Origin: Chloroflexota bacterium
GTDB lineage: Bacteria; Chloroflexota; UBA11872; VXOZ01
NCBI GenBank assembly: GCA_964291655.2
Contig: OZ219802.1
Location: 1,216,001-1,280,000, forward strand
Length of the DNA: 64,000 nt
Reading direction: 5' to 3'
The notes below the pieces were generated by a model, which was not told where the DNA came from, did no database searches, and worked only from the letters and a program-made list of their open reading frames with translations. The position numbers were made by a program, and so were the translations under genes. Positions within the stretch are counted from its first letter, which is position 1, and each line of letters starts with the position of its first letter. This document shows, in pieces, positions 50,108-59,406 of this stretch.

Positions 50108-50248
50108 GGAGACCTTTGCGTAACTCCGTCATTCCGGCTTTCGCCGGAATCCAGAGCGCCTTTACAACTAAAGATTGCATGATGTCGAGTCATTTCACTC
50201 CCATCCCAACCCTCCCCCTCAAAGGTGAACGGTTATGCAATAGTCTCC
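50108..50248. mobile_element. MITE family B, inverted copy
   Basis: GGAGACCTTTGCGTAACTCCGTCATTCCGGCTTTCGCCGGAATCCAG...GGTTATGCAATAGTCTCC. Confidence 0.8.
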
Positions 50249-50413
50249 TTGGCAGGAGAGCGATAGAGCCGGCCCCGTACTTGATGCGGCGGTGAGGGTG
50301 ATCCTCCTGCAAATGCTATATATGCATACCGGTCTATTCCTGTTACGTCTTGACCATGCACGTTACAAGGGACCATTGCGCCATGAAGACCCCTCACCCC
50401 GGCCCTCTCCCCA

Positions 50414-50674
50414 GAAGACCTTTGCATAACCCCACTTTCAAGCAGAGGCACTCCCTCTCCTGGGGGAGAGGGCCGGGGTGAGGGGGTCTTTTCGCTACGA
50501 TGGCCCTTTACGTTGGGCAGTGTCAAGACATAGCAGGGCTGAAACGGTGTGCATATGGAGAGATTTCAGGAGATTCTCCCTCACCCCCGTATCACGTACG
50601 GGGCAGGCTCTAGCCCTCTCCCGTCGAGGGAGAGGGAACTATTTCGCTACCGCTTGAGTTGCGCAAAGGTCTCC
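50414..50674. mobile_element. MITE family A, uninterrupted copy
   Basis: GAAGACCTTTGCATAACCCC...GCGCAAAGGTCTCC; contains the empty site CTCTCCTGGGGGAGAGGG; inserted in a hairpin of an older inverted copy of its own interior (about 50260-50413). Confidence 0.82.
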
Positions 50675-50996
50675 CAGGGAGAGGGAGGATTTCTTGCGTC
50701 TCCGGCCGAAGTTTCGCAAGGGTTTTCTTAACAGGAAGAGGCTACATAGAACGGGAAGGGGCTACATAGAGGTTTCCGTAGGGAAAAGGGCGCCCTAGAC
50801 CGGTGGGTTTAGGCGCTCCATTGAGGCGCGGACAGGCCATGACACCTCGCTACCCGTAAACGCAGTTGCGTTTATCGCGAAGGCGAAAGCAAGGAGTGCG
50901 CTTCGCCTAGACTCTGCCGCCTCACACAACGAGTGACGCGAGTGCCCGGCTCGTCCCATCGGGCGGAGGATCGCGGGGACTCGCCTTGTTCCGCGC

Positions 50997-51554
50997 TTAG
51001 GGAAAGAGCCCACGTAGAATGACCCAGATACTGCTGTAAACTGCGCCCACCCAGAATATGCCGTTCAGAGTGGTGCCGATTACGACTAAGGAATACGCGC
51101 GCCTTCCCGTAATTCCCATGAGCCAGATGAGCGGCACGCCCGCCATGGTGGGGCCGGAGAACGTATAGACCAGAAGAACCATGAGATCGCGCCGTCTCTC
51201 AGACGCATAGACGAAGTTACGGATCCTCTGCAGACGTTCGGCTTTAGCGCGTATCCAGTCGGAGAAATCGAGCTCGAGCATGAGCAGGTAGAGGAGCGCG
51301 CCGTTGAGGACGATCATCACCAGAATGGTAGCGGAGGTGGCAACGAACGGATTGAATCGCAGTATCAAATAATTGGAGAAGAGCGTGACGATGATATCGA
51401 TGGACGGCCAGAGCACAAGCGTCACGAGCCGCCTCAGGTATTTCCTCACCGCGAGTCGATTGACTTTGCGCGGCGAGACGCGGTTGATAGCTGTCGCCAG
51501 GCGATCGGCGGATTCCTGGCGATTGGGTGGCGGCTCTACTGTTGTAGCTGCCAT
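50997..51554 (-). CDS. Hypothetical membrane protein
   Basis: About four hydrophobic segments; GGAAGA upstream; AT-rich promoter region. Confidence 0.65.
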   Translation of the reverse strand: MAATTVEPPPNRQESADRLATAINRVSPRKVNRLAVRKYLRRLVTLVLWPSIDIIVTLFSNYLILRFNPFVATSATILVMIVLNGALLYLLMLELDFSDWIRAKAERLQRIRNFVYASERRRDLMVLLVYTFSGPTMAGVPLIWLMGITGRRAYSLVVIGTTLNGIFWVGAVYSSIWVILRGLFP

Positions 51555-51726
51555 AACTTTCTTCCGTCCACTTGCTCAGTGACATATGCATGTGCAGGGT
51601 TGCAGCGGTGTCTTGAATCCAGTGTAATTCATATCTTTAATAAGTTCAAACAATCTAATGCAAGAATGTAATTCGTATCGCGTATACACGCACAATCACT
51701 ATATTCATTCTTAAGATCAATTTGCA

Positions 51727-53025
51727 TCAACGCCCAACCACGGTATCCATGCCCACCAACGGGACGTTGGTGATCAGCGAGGCCTCAAGACTCAGGGCGC
51801 GAAGGTCCTCAGCTTCCAGATCGTGCACGTTGGCTTTGCCGCACGCCCGCGCCAGCAGTTGAATCTCTTGCGTCAAGCTGGCGATAAAATTCGCGAGGTG
51901 CTGCGCCGCGTCCTCGAAACCCGGTAGGTCGGCGATTACTTCGGGTGCGGCGACGTCGTGTCCGTCACCGTCCACGGTGGAAGAGTCTCCGTCTGTTGCC
52001 GGACCGTCCTGCGCCCCTTGCGCCATGATGTGCTGAGCCCAGGGTTCCAAGGAAACAAGCGCGGCGGTGCCAATCGAAACGGCATCCACACCCAGCGCCA
52101 GCGCCTTGGCAACATCAGCCCCGCTGCGAATGCCCCCGCAGAGTATCAAGTTGACCTCATCTTCCAGTCCCAGTTCCTCCAGGGCGCGCCGCGCCTGACA
52201 GACCGCCGCGATCCCGGGCACCCCGGTGTGCTCATTCAGGATTGCCGGGCCGGTAGATGCGCCGGCTTCCATCCCCTCGACGGTCACTATGTCCGCGCCT
52301 GCTTTCGCTGCCAGCAGGACGTCATCGTAGACGTGCGCGGCACTGATCTTGACGATGACGGGTACCTGCCAATCAGTTGCTTCCCGCAACTCCTCCACCT
52401 TCTTCGGCAGGTCATCCGACCCTACCCAGTCGGGGTGCCGCGTCGGTGAGTGAGAAAGCCGTGAATAGGCGGTCTCTTTGACAGATGACAGGCTTCTATC
52501 GCGGCTATTCCGGTCGAGCATGCCGATACTCGGACTCACTCCCCGCACACTGACAAGCTCTATTACGTCGGCCTGCAAGAGATGCCGCGGCCTAAAGCCG
52601 ATGCGGTTTGGCAGCACTTCATAGGAGAGGAGCTTCGCAAACTGACGCTCCGCTGCCAACATGCCGCCATGTCCGGCGGTGTAGAGAATGCCGGCTCGCG
52701 CGGCCCCATACGCCAGCGCAGCCCGCACCGCGGGCGGCAGTAATTTTGCGCCCATACCGGCAATGGTCACCGGCGTACTGAGCACAAGCGGTTGCGCGGC
52801 AAAGCGCGTCCCGAGGGTAGTGGTGGTGGTGCATTGCTCGTAGAAGGCTTCCAGCGGCACGCGGCTTAGTGAGCACGGGATCAACGAAAGATCGTCAAAG
52901 GTTGGAAGGTTCCGGGAGCGGACGGAACGCCCTACACGGAATCGCCCGGTTTCAGCCTTCTCTTGTATTTCAGCGTCCAAGTTCGCGGAATGGGTTGCAC
53001 CGTCAGTGTTCTCCAGCGAATCCAT
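51727..53025 (-). CDS. FMN-binding glutamate synthase family protein (GlxD/MgsC-like), divergent
   Basis: LPTFDDL..SR.PLE, TLGTRFA, RHPDW.G.DDL, ELREATDW, GGIRSGADVAKALALG.DAV.IGTA, ARACGK..VH.LE.EDL. Confidence 0.85.
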   Translation of the reverse strand: MDSLENTDGATHSANLDAEIQEKAETGRFRVGRSVRSRNLPTFDDLSLIPCSLSRVPLEAFYEQCTTTTTLGTRFAAQPLVLSTPVTIAGMGAKLLPPAVRAALAYGAARAGILYTAGHGGMLAAERQFAKLLSYEVLPNRIGFRPRHLLQADVIELVSVRGVSPSIGMLDRNSRDRSLSSVKETAYSRLSHSPTRHPDWVGSDDLPKKVEELREATDWQVPVIVKISAAHVYDDVLLAAKAGADIVTVEGMEAGASTGPAILNEHTGVPGIAAVCQARRALEELGLEDEVNLILCGGIRSGADVAKALALGVDAVSIGTAALVSLEPWAQHIMAQGAQDGPATDGDSSTVDGDGHDVAAPEVIADLPGFEDAAQHLANFIASLTQEIQLLARACGKANVHDLEAEDLRALSLEASLITNVPLVGMDTVVGR

Positions 53026-53033
53026 AACTGGCT

Positions 53034-53714
53034 CTAACCTCCGGTACTTAGGACGCTCTCCGAACTTCCGGCGCCAGTGTCGCCGGCGCAAAACTTACGG
53101 AATTGACGCCCGTGCGACAGGCCGGCTGCGGCGACAGTCTCTGCGAGGTAGGTGCGCTCTTCCGGCGTCGGCTCTGTTTCCATTACACCTTCGCCAAGCT
53201 GCTTTACTGCTCCCGCCACAAAGATGCGGCCGCCATTCATGCCGTGACCCAGCCGTTCGCCGGCGTTGCCGCAAACGATGAGGTCACCGTGGTGCATCAT
53301 GAAGCCGCTCATGTAGCCCACGTTTCCCCCTACTATCACCATACCATCAACCATCCCGATTCCGGTGCGCGCGGCCGCATTTCCGTGCACGCACACCATG
53401 CCGCCGTGTATGGCGGCGCCTGTGGCATTGCCCGCGTGCCCGCTCACGACAACACTCCCGCTTTGCAGGCCCTCGCCCGTGCTCCACCCGGCGCTGCCAT
53501 GGACCTCGACTCTAGGCCCGTCCCCCATGGCGCCGCAATAGAAGCCCACACTGCCCGCAAAGATGAGGTGCACAGGTGAAAACAGTGCCACCCCGAGACT
53601 GTGCCGACCCCGCGGGTCGTACACGTGGATGTCGCGCTCGCCTTGCTCGATCGCGCGCCGGATGAGCTGGTTTACTTCTCGCGTGGAGCTATCAACTGCT
53701 TCAATAAAGAACAT
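53034..53714 (-). CDS. GXGXG beta-helix protein (GlxC/MgsB-like)
   Basis: REVNQ..., GSVGFYC, repeated GxAG/G.VG units. Confidence 0.85.
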   Translation of the reverse strand: MFFIEAVDSSTREVNQLIRRAIEQGERDIHVYDPRGRHSLGVALFSPVHLIFAGSVGFYCGAMGDGPRVEVHGSAGWSTGEGLQSGSVVVSGHAGNATGAAIHGGMVCVHGNAAARTGIGMVDGMVIVGGNVGYMSGFMMHHGDLIVCGNAGERLGHGMNGGRIFVAGAVKQLGEGVMETEPTPEERTYLAETVAAAGLSHGRQFRKFCAGDTGAGSSESVLSTGG

Positions 53715-53723
53715 TGCTGCGTT

Positions 53724-54680
53724 CTAAGGTGAGGTTGTCTGTTCAGAATGATCTGCAGTGAGCGGGGATCGTGTAGTCCAAACGTGCACTTCTTTGGCGT
53801 CGGGCTCCCAGGTGACCAAGTCCTGTTCGAGTCCCTCGCAGACGGCGGCGGCTTCCGAGCTTACTACCACGAACTCATCGGTCTCGGCAATGACCAGCGG
53901 CCGCGCACCCATAAAATCTTTGGCTGCGCCTAGCTCCTTTTCAGTGGCTACGACATAGGCGTACGTGCCGTCGAGCGCGTCCAGAGAGGCGCGCATCGCG
54001 TCCTCGAGAGAAGCCCCTTGCTCCATTTCCATGGCGAGGAACGTGCCGATAAGTTCCGCGTCGTTCGTGGTAAAGAAGCGCTGACCATGTGACTCGTACT
54101 TGCGGCGCAGCTTATGGTAGTTCGTGATCTGCCCGGCGTGCGCCACCGCCACATCCGGACGCGGGCGCGCCCAAAATGGCTGCGAATGGCTCATGTCTAC
54201 CCTACTTTCAGTAGCGAGACGGGCCTGGCCGATCATGTGGGTACCTCGTATCGCGGAAAGAGCGTACTGTTCTTCAAGATGGTCGATGGAGCCTACGTCT
54301 TTGATGATGCTCAGACGCCGGCCGACGCTGAAACACTCAACGCCGCCGATCTCGCTGACGCTCTCCACGACGTCGACGACGCCGTATACGTCTTCGACGG
54401 TATTGAGCACGAGACTCAGGGTATGGCCCACCATGCGAGACTTGACCACATTGGCCTTGCGGCCCACGCGCCGCACGACGCGCCCGCTCAGCATGCGCAC
54501 GTCATCGCCCTCGATCTTCACGACCACCAGCACTTGGCCGCGCACCTCCGGCATAAAGAAGGCGGCCCCGGTAGAATCGGGCGCGTGCGGCGAAAGCGAA
54601 CGCAGCATCCTGAGCGCGATACGGCCGATCGGCGCATAGCCTTCGCCAGCGCGATCGAGGTAGCCTACGACCCCATACAC
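53724..54680 (-). CDS. Class II glutamine amidotransferase-like protein (GlxB/MgsA-like), lacking Cys1
   Basis: PDSTG, IKDVG, GQARLATES.V...SQPF, HAGQITNY, TTNDAE, LDG, KD..G.RPL; AGGGGGAGG RBS before GTG. Confidence 0.82.
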   Translation of the reverse strand: MYGVVGYLDRAGEGYAPIGRIALRMLRSLSPHAPDSTGAAFFMPEVRGQVLVVVKIEGDDVRMLSGRVVRRVGRKANVVKSRMVGHTLSLVLNTVEDVYGVVDVVESVSEIGGVECFSVGRRLSIIKDVGSIDHLEEQYALSAIRGTHMIGQARLATESRVDMSHSQPFWARPRPDVAVAHAGQITNYHKLRRKYESHGQRFFTTNDAELIGTFLAMEMEQGASLEDAMRASLDALDGTYAYVVATEKELGAAKDFMGARPLVIAETDEFVVVSSEAAAVCEGLEQDLVTWEPDAKEVHVWTTRSPLTADHSEQTTSP

Positions 54681-55053
54681 AGTTTATACCTCCCCCTCTA
54701 TCATACGCCTAACGTCCGGATCGTACGCCCTGAACGCTCCATCCCCAACTTTGTCGAGGCACTAATCGCTCAAGTTGACAACGTACCACAATTGCGCGCC
54801 CGCACTGGCCGGAAACGTGGGTTTGAAGCCTGCGCACTCTCAGCCTGGAAGCGTATGCGAACTTGCGCCGTTTCCACCTGCGATCCCACCATACTAGCCC
54901 CATGCCAGCCTGCAATCTAGCCTCCATCCGGGCGAGATGTCCTTCCGATGTGCGGGCTTGATCGGTGCGCGTGGCGCACGCAGCACACACCGCCTCACGG
55001 TCCGTTCTAGTTTCCCATGCAGTGCCTGGCTGGGCAAACGCAACCTTGCCTGC

Positions 55054-55083
55054 TTGACCCTCTATTTGGGAGGCACCTATAAT
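55054..55083 (+). promoter_or_regulatory. Sigma70 promoter for tRNA-Thr
   Basis: TTGACC-18 bp-TATAAT, about 85 nt upstream of the tRNA. Confidence 0.65.
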
Positions 55084-55166
55084 TCAAGTGTACCCCTTGG
55101 ATGGGTTGTCAACCCGAGTACGCGGAGTTCAATGCCGAAACGCGGTTTTCCAGCCAAGAATTACCC

Positions 55167-55238
55167 GCCGACGTAGCTCAATGGCAGAGCAGCGGTTTTG
55201 TAAACCGCAGGCTATGGGTTCGAATCCCTTCGTCGGCT
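55167..55238 (+). tRNA. tRNA-Thr(TGT), CCA not encoded
   Basis: Acceptor stem GCCGACG/CGTCGGC, D arm GCTC-AATGGCA-GAGC, anticodon arm GCGGT-TT TGT AA-ACCGC, T loop GGTTCGAATCC. Confidence 0.96.
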
Positions 55239-55532
55239 CTGATTAAAGCAGATAGCGTCGCTCCCGGCGGCAAGAACTCACGAGGCCGACTCTCCTGTTC
55301 TAGCTGCGCCGTATTGGGAGAAGAAACTCTGCTCAACCAAGACGGAAAACCAGTTAGACTTCCTCTTCCCAGGAAGAGGGAACCTCTTCACCGTTTGGGC
55401 CCAATTCCTCGTGTCCGTCCGAACTTCGCAAGAGTCTCTTTGGGAGAAACAGCAGCGCAGGGAGCCGCAGCAGCACTTTGCTCGTGCATTCCACACCGCA
55501 GCTATTGCTACCAAGCCAAAGGGAAGTGAGAC

Positions 55533-57776
55533 GTGGCGCGTTCTTCCCCCATGTACGTATCGATCGAGGTCCAGCCTGAGCCCGGGACTGAGCCGGACCG
55601 CTGCGACGTTGCGTTCCATGGCAGAGACGGCGCGGTGGACCGGGGCCTCGCGCTCACCTTGCCGGCGGGCAGAATCGGCGCCTGGGAATTTATGGTTACC
55701 GTCCGTGACACCGTAAGTGTCGGCGGCGGCTTCCTCTTCCAACGCCATGGCTTTCTGCTCGGGCACCGTGTGCAGGACTACAATCCGCGCGGTCGCGACT
55801 ATGTGACGCTGGAATCGAGTGCGGCGGCGCAGTTACGTCTGGTGGTGAATTCGCTTAACCAGTCCCACCGGCCCAGCTTTGCGCAAGTAATCGTGACGGA
55901 CGGCGCGCTCGCGCCCGGCGATTGCTTCACGCTGCGGGTGGGCGACCGGCGTCAAGGCGGCGCGGGCAGCGAGGTGTATGACTCTACGACACTTGGCAAA
56001 CTTGTGATTGCCGTCGACCGTAACGGTGGCGGGACGTACCGGACGCTGGCGTGCAGCCCGGCGACAATTCGAATTATTGCCGAACCCCACGCGGACATGC
56101 TGCGCGTGCTCGGCCCCTCGGTTGTTGCGCCGGACGAACCGTTCGCCGTGCATCTCATTGCCTTCGACCGGCATCGTAATGTTTGTGACCAGTATCGGGG
56201 GACGGTAGCACTCTCGAGTTCTGACGGGAAAAGCGGCATGCTCCCGCCAACTGTCACATTCACCGCGCGGGAACAGGGAATCCAGATTGTCGACAACGTG
56301 AGTCTCTCGTCTCCTGGGCTATACCGTTTCGCTGCCGAAGACGAAACTAACGGCTTGCAGGCACTGAGCAATCCCACGCTCTGCGAGCCGGAACCGCAGA
56401 GACGCCTCTACTGGGGCGAGTTGCACTGCCATAGCTGGGGCGATACCACCCTCTCCCTGATGAGTGAGCCGAATTTCAAGGTACACCCCGCCCGCCGGCA
56501 CGAGCAGGCGCGGCAGGTGGGACGCCTGGACTTCTGCGCGCCGGGGCCGATGTCCGCGCCCAATGACGAAGACCGTCCGGAAGTGTGGCAGGCGCACCAA
56601 GAGGCCTACCGTGCCAATGACAAGCCGGGCGCGTACGTGCCACTCCTTGCCTACGAGGCTCATCCGGGCAAAGGTGGCGACCGGAACGTGGTGTTCCTTG
56701 GCGAAGAGTCAACCCACTTACCCATGAAAGCATCCATGGACGCTGTCATGGCCGCCTATGGTTCACGCGATGATGTATTACTTGAGGCCCACATTGGCGG
56801 CGGTCCGCCTAACTGGACGGCATACCCCACTGAGGAAGCGCCGCTGCTGGAGGTCACGAGCGGTCACGGGGCGTTCGAGTGGGTGCTGCAACGGGCGCTG
56901 CGGCATGGCTACCATCCCGCCGTAATTGGCTCCAGCGACGTGCATTTGCCCACCCTCGGCGCGCCCATGGCAGCCCACTGCTTCCGGGGTCGCTTTAACC
57001 ACGAGTTGAACATTCGCGACACGGCCTTTGGCAGCGGTCAAGTGGCCGGGGTCTACGCGGCAGCCTGCGAGCGGGTGGCAATCTGGCAGGCGATCCAGGA
57101 CCGGCGTACGTTTGCTACCACCGGCGCGCGCATCATACTGGACGTTCGTGTGAACGGCGAGCCGGCTGGCAGCATCGTTGCTTCGTCTGAGGCGGCGAGC
57201 GTGAGAATTGCTGTCCATGCCTGCGCGCCTATCGAGCGCGTGGACTTGATCAGAGGCGACCGCTGCCTGGCGTCATGGTTCCCCGGCACGTTGGACGCCA
57301 CCCTTGATTACACGGATGAACAGCCATTGCGGGAGGGGGCGTATTACGTGCGCCTGCGCCAGACCGACGGCGAATACGCGTGGAGCACGCCGGTGTGGGT
57401 CGCATGCGCTCATGGCAGCGCAACACCCGACCCCAGCCTGCCGCATTGGAACGCCCACGAGCCGGTAGACCTGGCAAGCCTGCGCCCAAGTGGAGCCGAG
57501 CAGTACACAGCCGCTCTCCTGAAATACCTAGAGATAGAGGAAGACCCGGCGCTGTTCCGAGACCTCACTCCGATCAAGCTCCTGGAGGAAGCGCCCGGCC
57601 GCGCGGCCTTGTTCTACGCCTACTATGCCGCCGACGGCTGGCCGGTGAGCATCCGCTGGTACTATGAATTCGACCTGCCGCGCATCCACGTGGACTGGGG
57701 CTGGCGCGATTTCGGCGCGCGTCCCACACCCACCAACATCACCGAACCGGCGGAAGAGAAACCGCCCCTGGCTTAG
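55533..57776 (+). CDS. DUF3604/PHP-like metallohydrolase with beta-rich N-terminal region
   Basis: YWGELHCHS, LAYE...GDRNV, EVTSGHG, GSSDVH, RRTFATTGAR, YYVRLRQ.DG..AWSTPVW. Confidence 0.8.
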   Translation: MARSSPMYVSIEVQPEPGTEPDRCDVAFHGRDGAVDRGLALTLPAGRIGAWEFMVTVRDTVSVGGGFLFQRHGFLLGHRVQDYNPRGRDYVTLESSAAAQLRLVVNSLNQSHRPSFAQVIVTDGALAPGDCFTLRVGDRRQGGAGSEVYDSTTLGKLVIAVDRNGGGTYRTLACSPATIRIIAEPHADMLRVLGPSVVAPDEPFAVHLIAFDRHRNVCDQYRGTVALSSSDGKSGMLPPTVTFTAREQGIQIVDNVSLSSPGLYRFAAEDETNGLQALSNPTLCEPEPQRRLYWGELHCHSWGDTTLSLMSEPNFKVHPARRHEQARQVGRLDFCAPGPMSAPNDEDRPEVWQAHQEAYRANDKPGAYVPLLAYEAHPGKGGDRNVVFLGEESTHLPMKASMDAVMAAYGSRDDVLLEAHIGGGPPNWTAYPTEEAPLLEVTSGHGAFEWVLQRALRHGYHPAVIGSSDVHLPTLGAPMAAHCFRGRFNHELNIRDTAFGSGQVAGVYAAACERVAIWQAIQDRRTFATTGARIILDVRVNGEPAGSIVASSEAASVRIAVHACAPIERVDLIRGDRCLASWFPGTLDATLDYTDEQPLREGAYYVRLRQTDGEYAWSTPVWVACAHGSATPDPSLPHWNAHEPVDLASLRPSGAEQYTAALLKYLEIEEDPALFRDLTPIKLLEEAPGRAALFYAYYAADGWPVSIRWYYEFDLPRIHVDWGWRDFGARPTPTNITEPAEEKPPLA

Positions 57777-57838
57777 AATCTGATAACTGACGGCAACCGC
57801 GCCGAACTACTCCCAGCGTGCAGCGTTCCGTCATTCCC

Positions 57839-58094
57839 TGTAAGTGTCAGGTAATTCGTTGACAGACTTGAGAACAAAAGCAACCTTTCGCAGTGTTAGA
57901 CATGACTAGCACACATGTCATTCCGAACGAAGCGCAGCGAAGAGAGGAATCTAGTGTGCTGAAGCCGTTAAAGTGCGTTGAGCAGGGACCCTAGATTCCG
58001 CGAACATCGTTCGACGCTCCGCTCGGAATGACATGCACCGTCAACTCCTCAGAATGGAAAGCGGACTCTGTCAACGATTTACTCAACTCTTACA
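57839..58094. mobile_element. MITE family C, copy 2
   Basis: TGTAAGTGTCAGGTAATTCGTTGACAGA...TCTGTCAACGATTTACTCAACTCTTACA; flanks CGTCATTCCC| and |ATTCCGGCGCAAGCCGGAATCCA, a split REP. Confidence 0.85.
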
Positions 58095-58309
58095 ATTCCG
58101 GCGCAAGCCGGAATCCAGGGAGGGGAGATACCCATTGCACACTCACTTGGATTTCGGCCGCAGTCCAAGACTCTTGCGCGGCGCTGGAACCCAATGTTGA
58201 AGACAGCCATCCGCGCGGCCATTGCCATTCTCGCTTGCGCGGGAATTAGCGCGTGATGGCAAGAAAACAATGTGAAGAGTAGCCTTTCCCAAAATGGAGG
58301 TACAGTGCT

Positions 58310-59344
58310 ATGCGCCCACTCGCTTTTGAATACGACCTCTCGCAACACATCGACGAAGCGGAACCCGCCATGCTCTTTACCGGCTCCTCGGTCTAAGAGT
58401 TGCGCGACTGGCAAGCGCGCTTCCGCGCCAAGGTGCTGAGCTTGCTAGGCATCCTGCCGGAACGCGCCGCCCTTGTGGTTGAGTATGAAGAAGAAACGGA
58501 CTGCGGGAGCTACACCCGCCACAAGATTCGCTACCAAACCGAGGCAGCGGTCTGGGTACCGGCGTATCTCCTGGTACCGAAGGGTGTATCCGCAACGCAG
58601 CAATCGGCGGCGATTCTCTGTCTGCACGGGCACGGGCAATACGGCAAAGACAGTGTGGTCGGCATTGATGACACGCCGGAGCGCGCAGCGAATGTGAAGC
58701 GCCTGCAATACGACTTCGGCCGCCGCTTTGCCGAACAGGGGTACGTGGTGCTCGCGCCGGACCTGCGCGGCTTCGGTGAGCGTCAGCCCCACTACCCTGA
58801 CCCCAAGCCCGACTACTGCTGCCGCAACTACATGGCCGCTACGCTGTTGGGCCGCACCGTGGTCGGCTATCAGCTCTGCGACCTGCACGCGGCCTTGGAC
58901 GTGCTGGAATCGCTGCCATTTGTGGATTCTGAAAAGCTGGCCGCGGCGGGACTCTCCTACGGCGGGCGCATGACGATGATGATCAGCGCCATGGACGACC
59001 GTATCAAGGTCTGCGTGCCTTCCGGGTGCCTGAACATGTACCAGGAACGCTACCAGAACCTGCACCAGTGCGGATCGCAGCTCATTCCCAGCTTGTTACT
59101 GTATGGCGACACCCCTGAGATCTTCTCGCTCATTGCGCCGCGCCCGATGGTCATCGAATGGGGCCTGCAGGATAAGCTCATTCCCCATGAGTGGGCCGAG
59201 CGCGGCCTCGCCCGCATTCGCAAAGCCTACGCCGCCTCCGGCCAACCGGACAACCTCACCGTGCACCAATTCGACAAAGGCCACGTTTTCGAAGGCACTG
59301 TGGGCGAGGAGATGCTGCACCAGTGGCGGCAGGGCGTAGAATGA
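58310..59344 (+). pseudogene. Alpha/beta hydrolase (dienelactone hydrolase-like) with an in-frame TAA at codon 29
   Basis: GGAGG RBS and ATG 58310 are in frame with the 58400-59344 ORF; TAA at 58394-58396; LCLHGHG, GLSYGG nucleophile motif, D and GH triad residues intact. Confidence 0.7.
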
Positions 59345-59406
59345 AAGGAGGGAGCATTCGTTAGAACTCGCGCAAATCCTGACCGCAGACGAGGGGCGAA
59401 CATGGC

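Noticed and set aside
55167-55300. tRNA-Thr as an integration site
   Set aside because: No integrase and no duplicated tRNA 3' end seen in the window.
58394-58396. Selenocysteine or pyrrolysine recoding
   Set aside because: The stop is TAA, not TGA or TAG.
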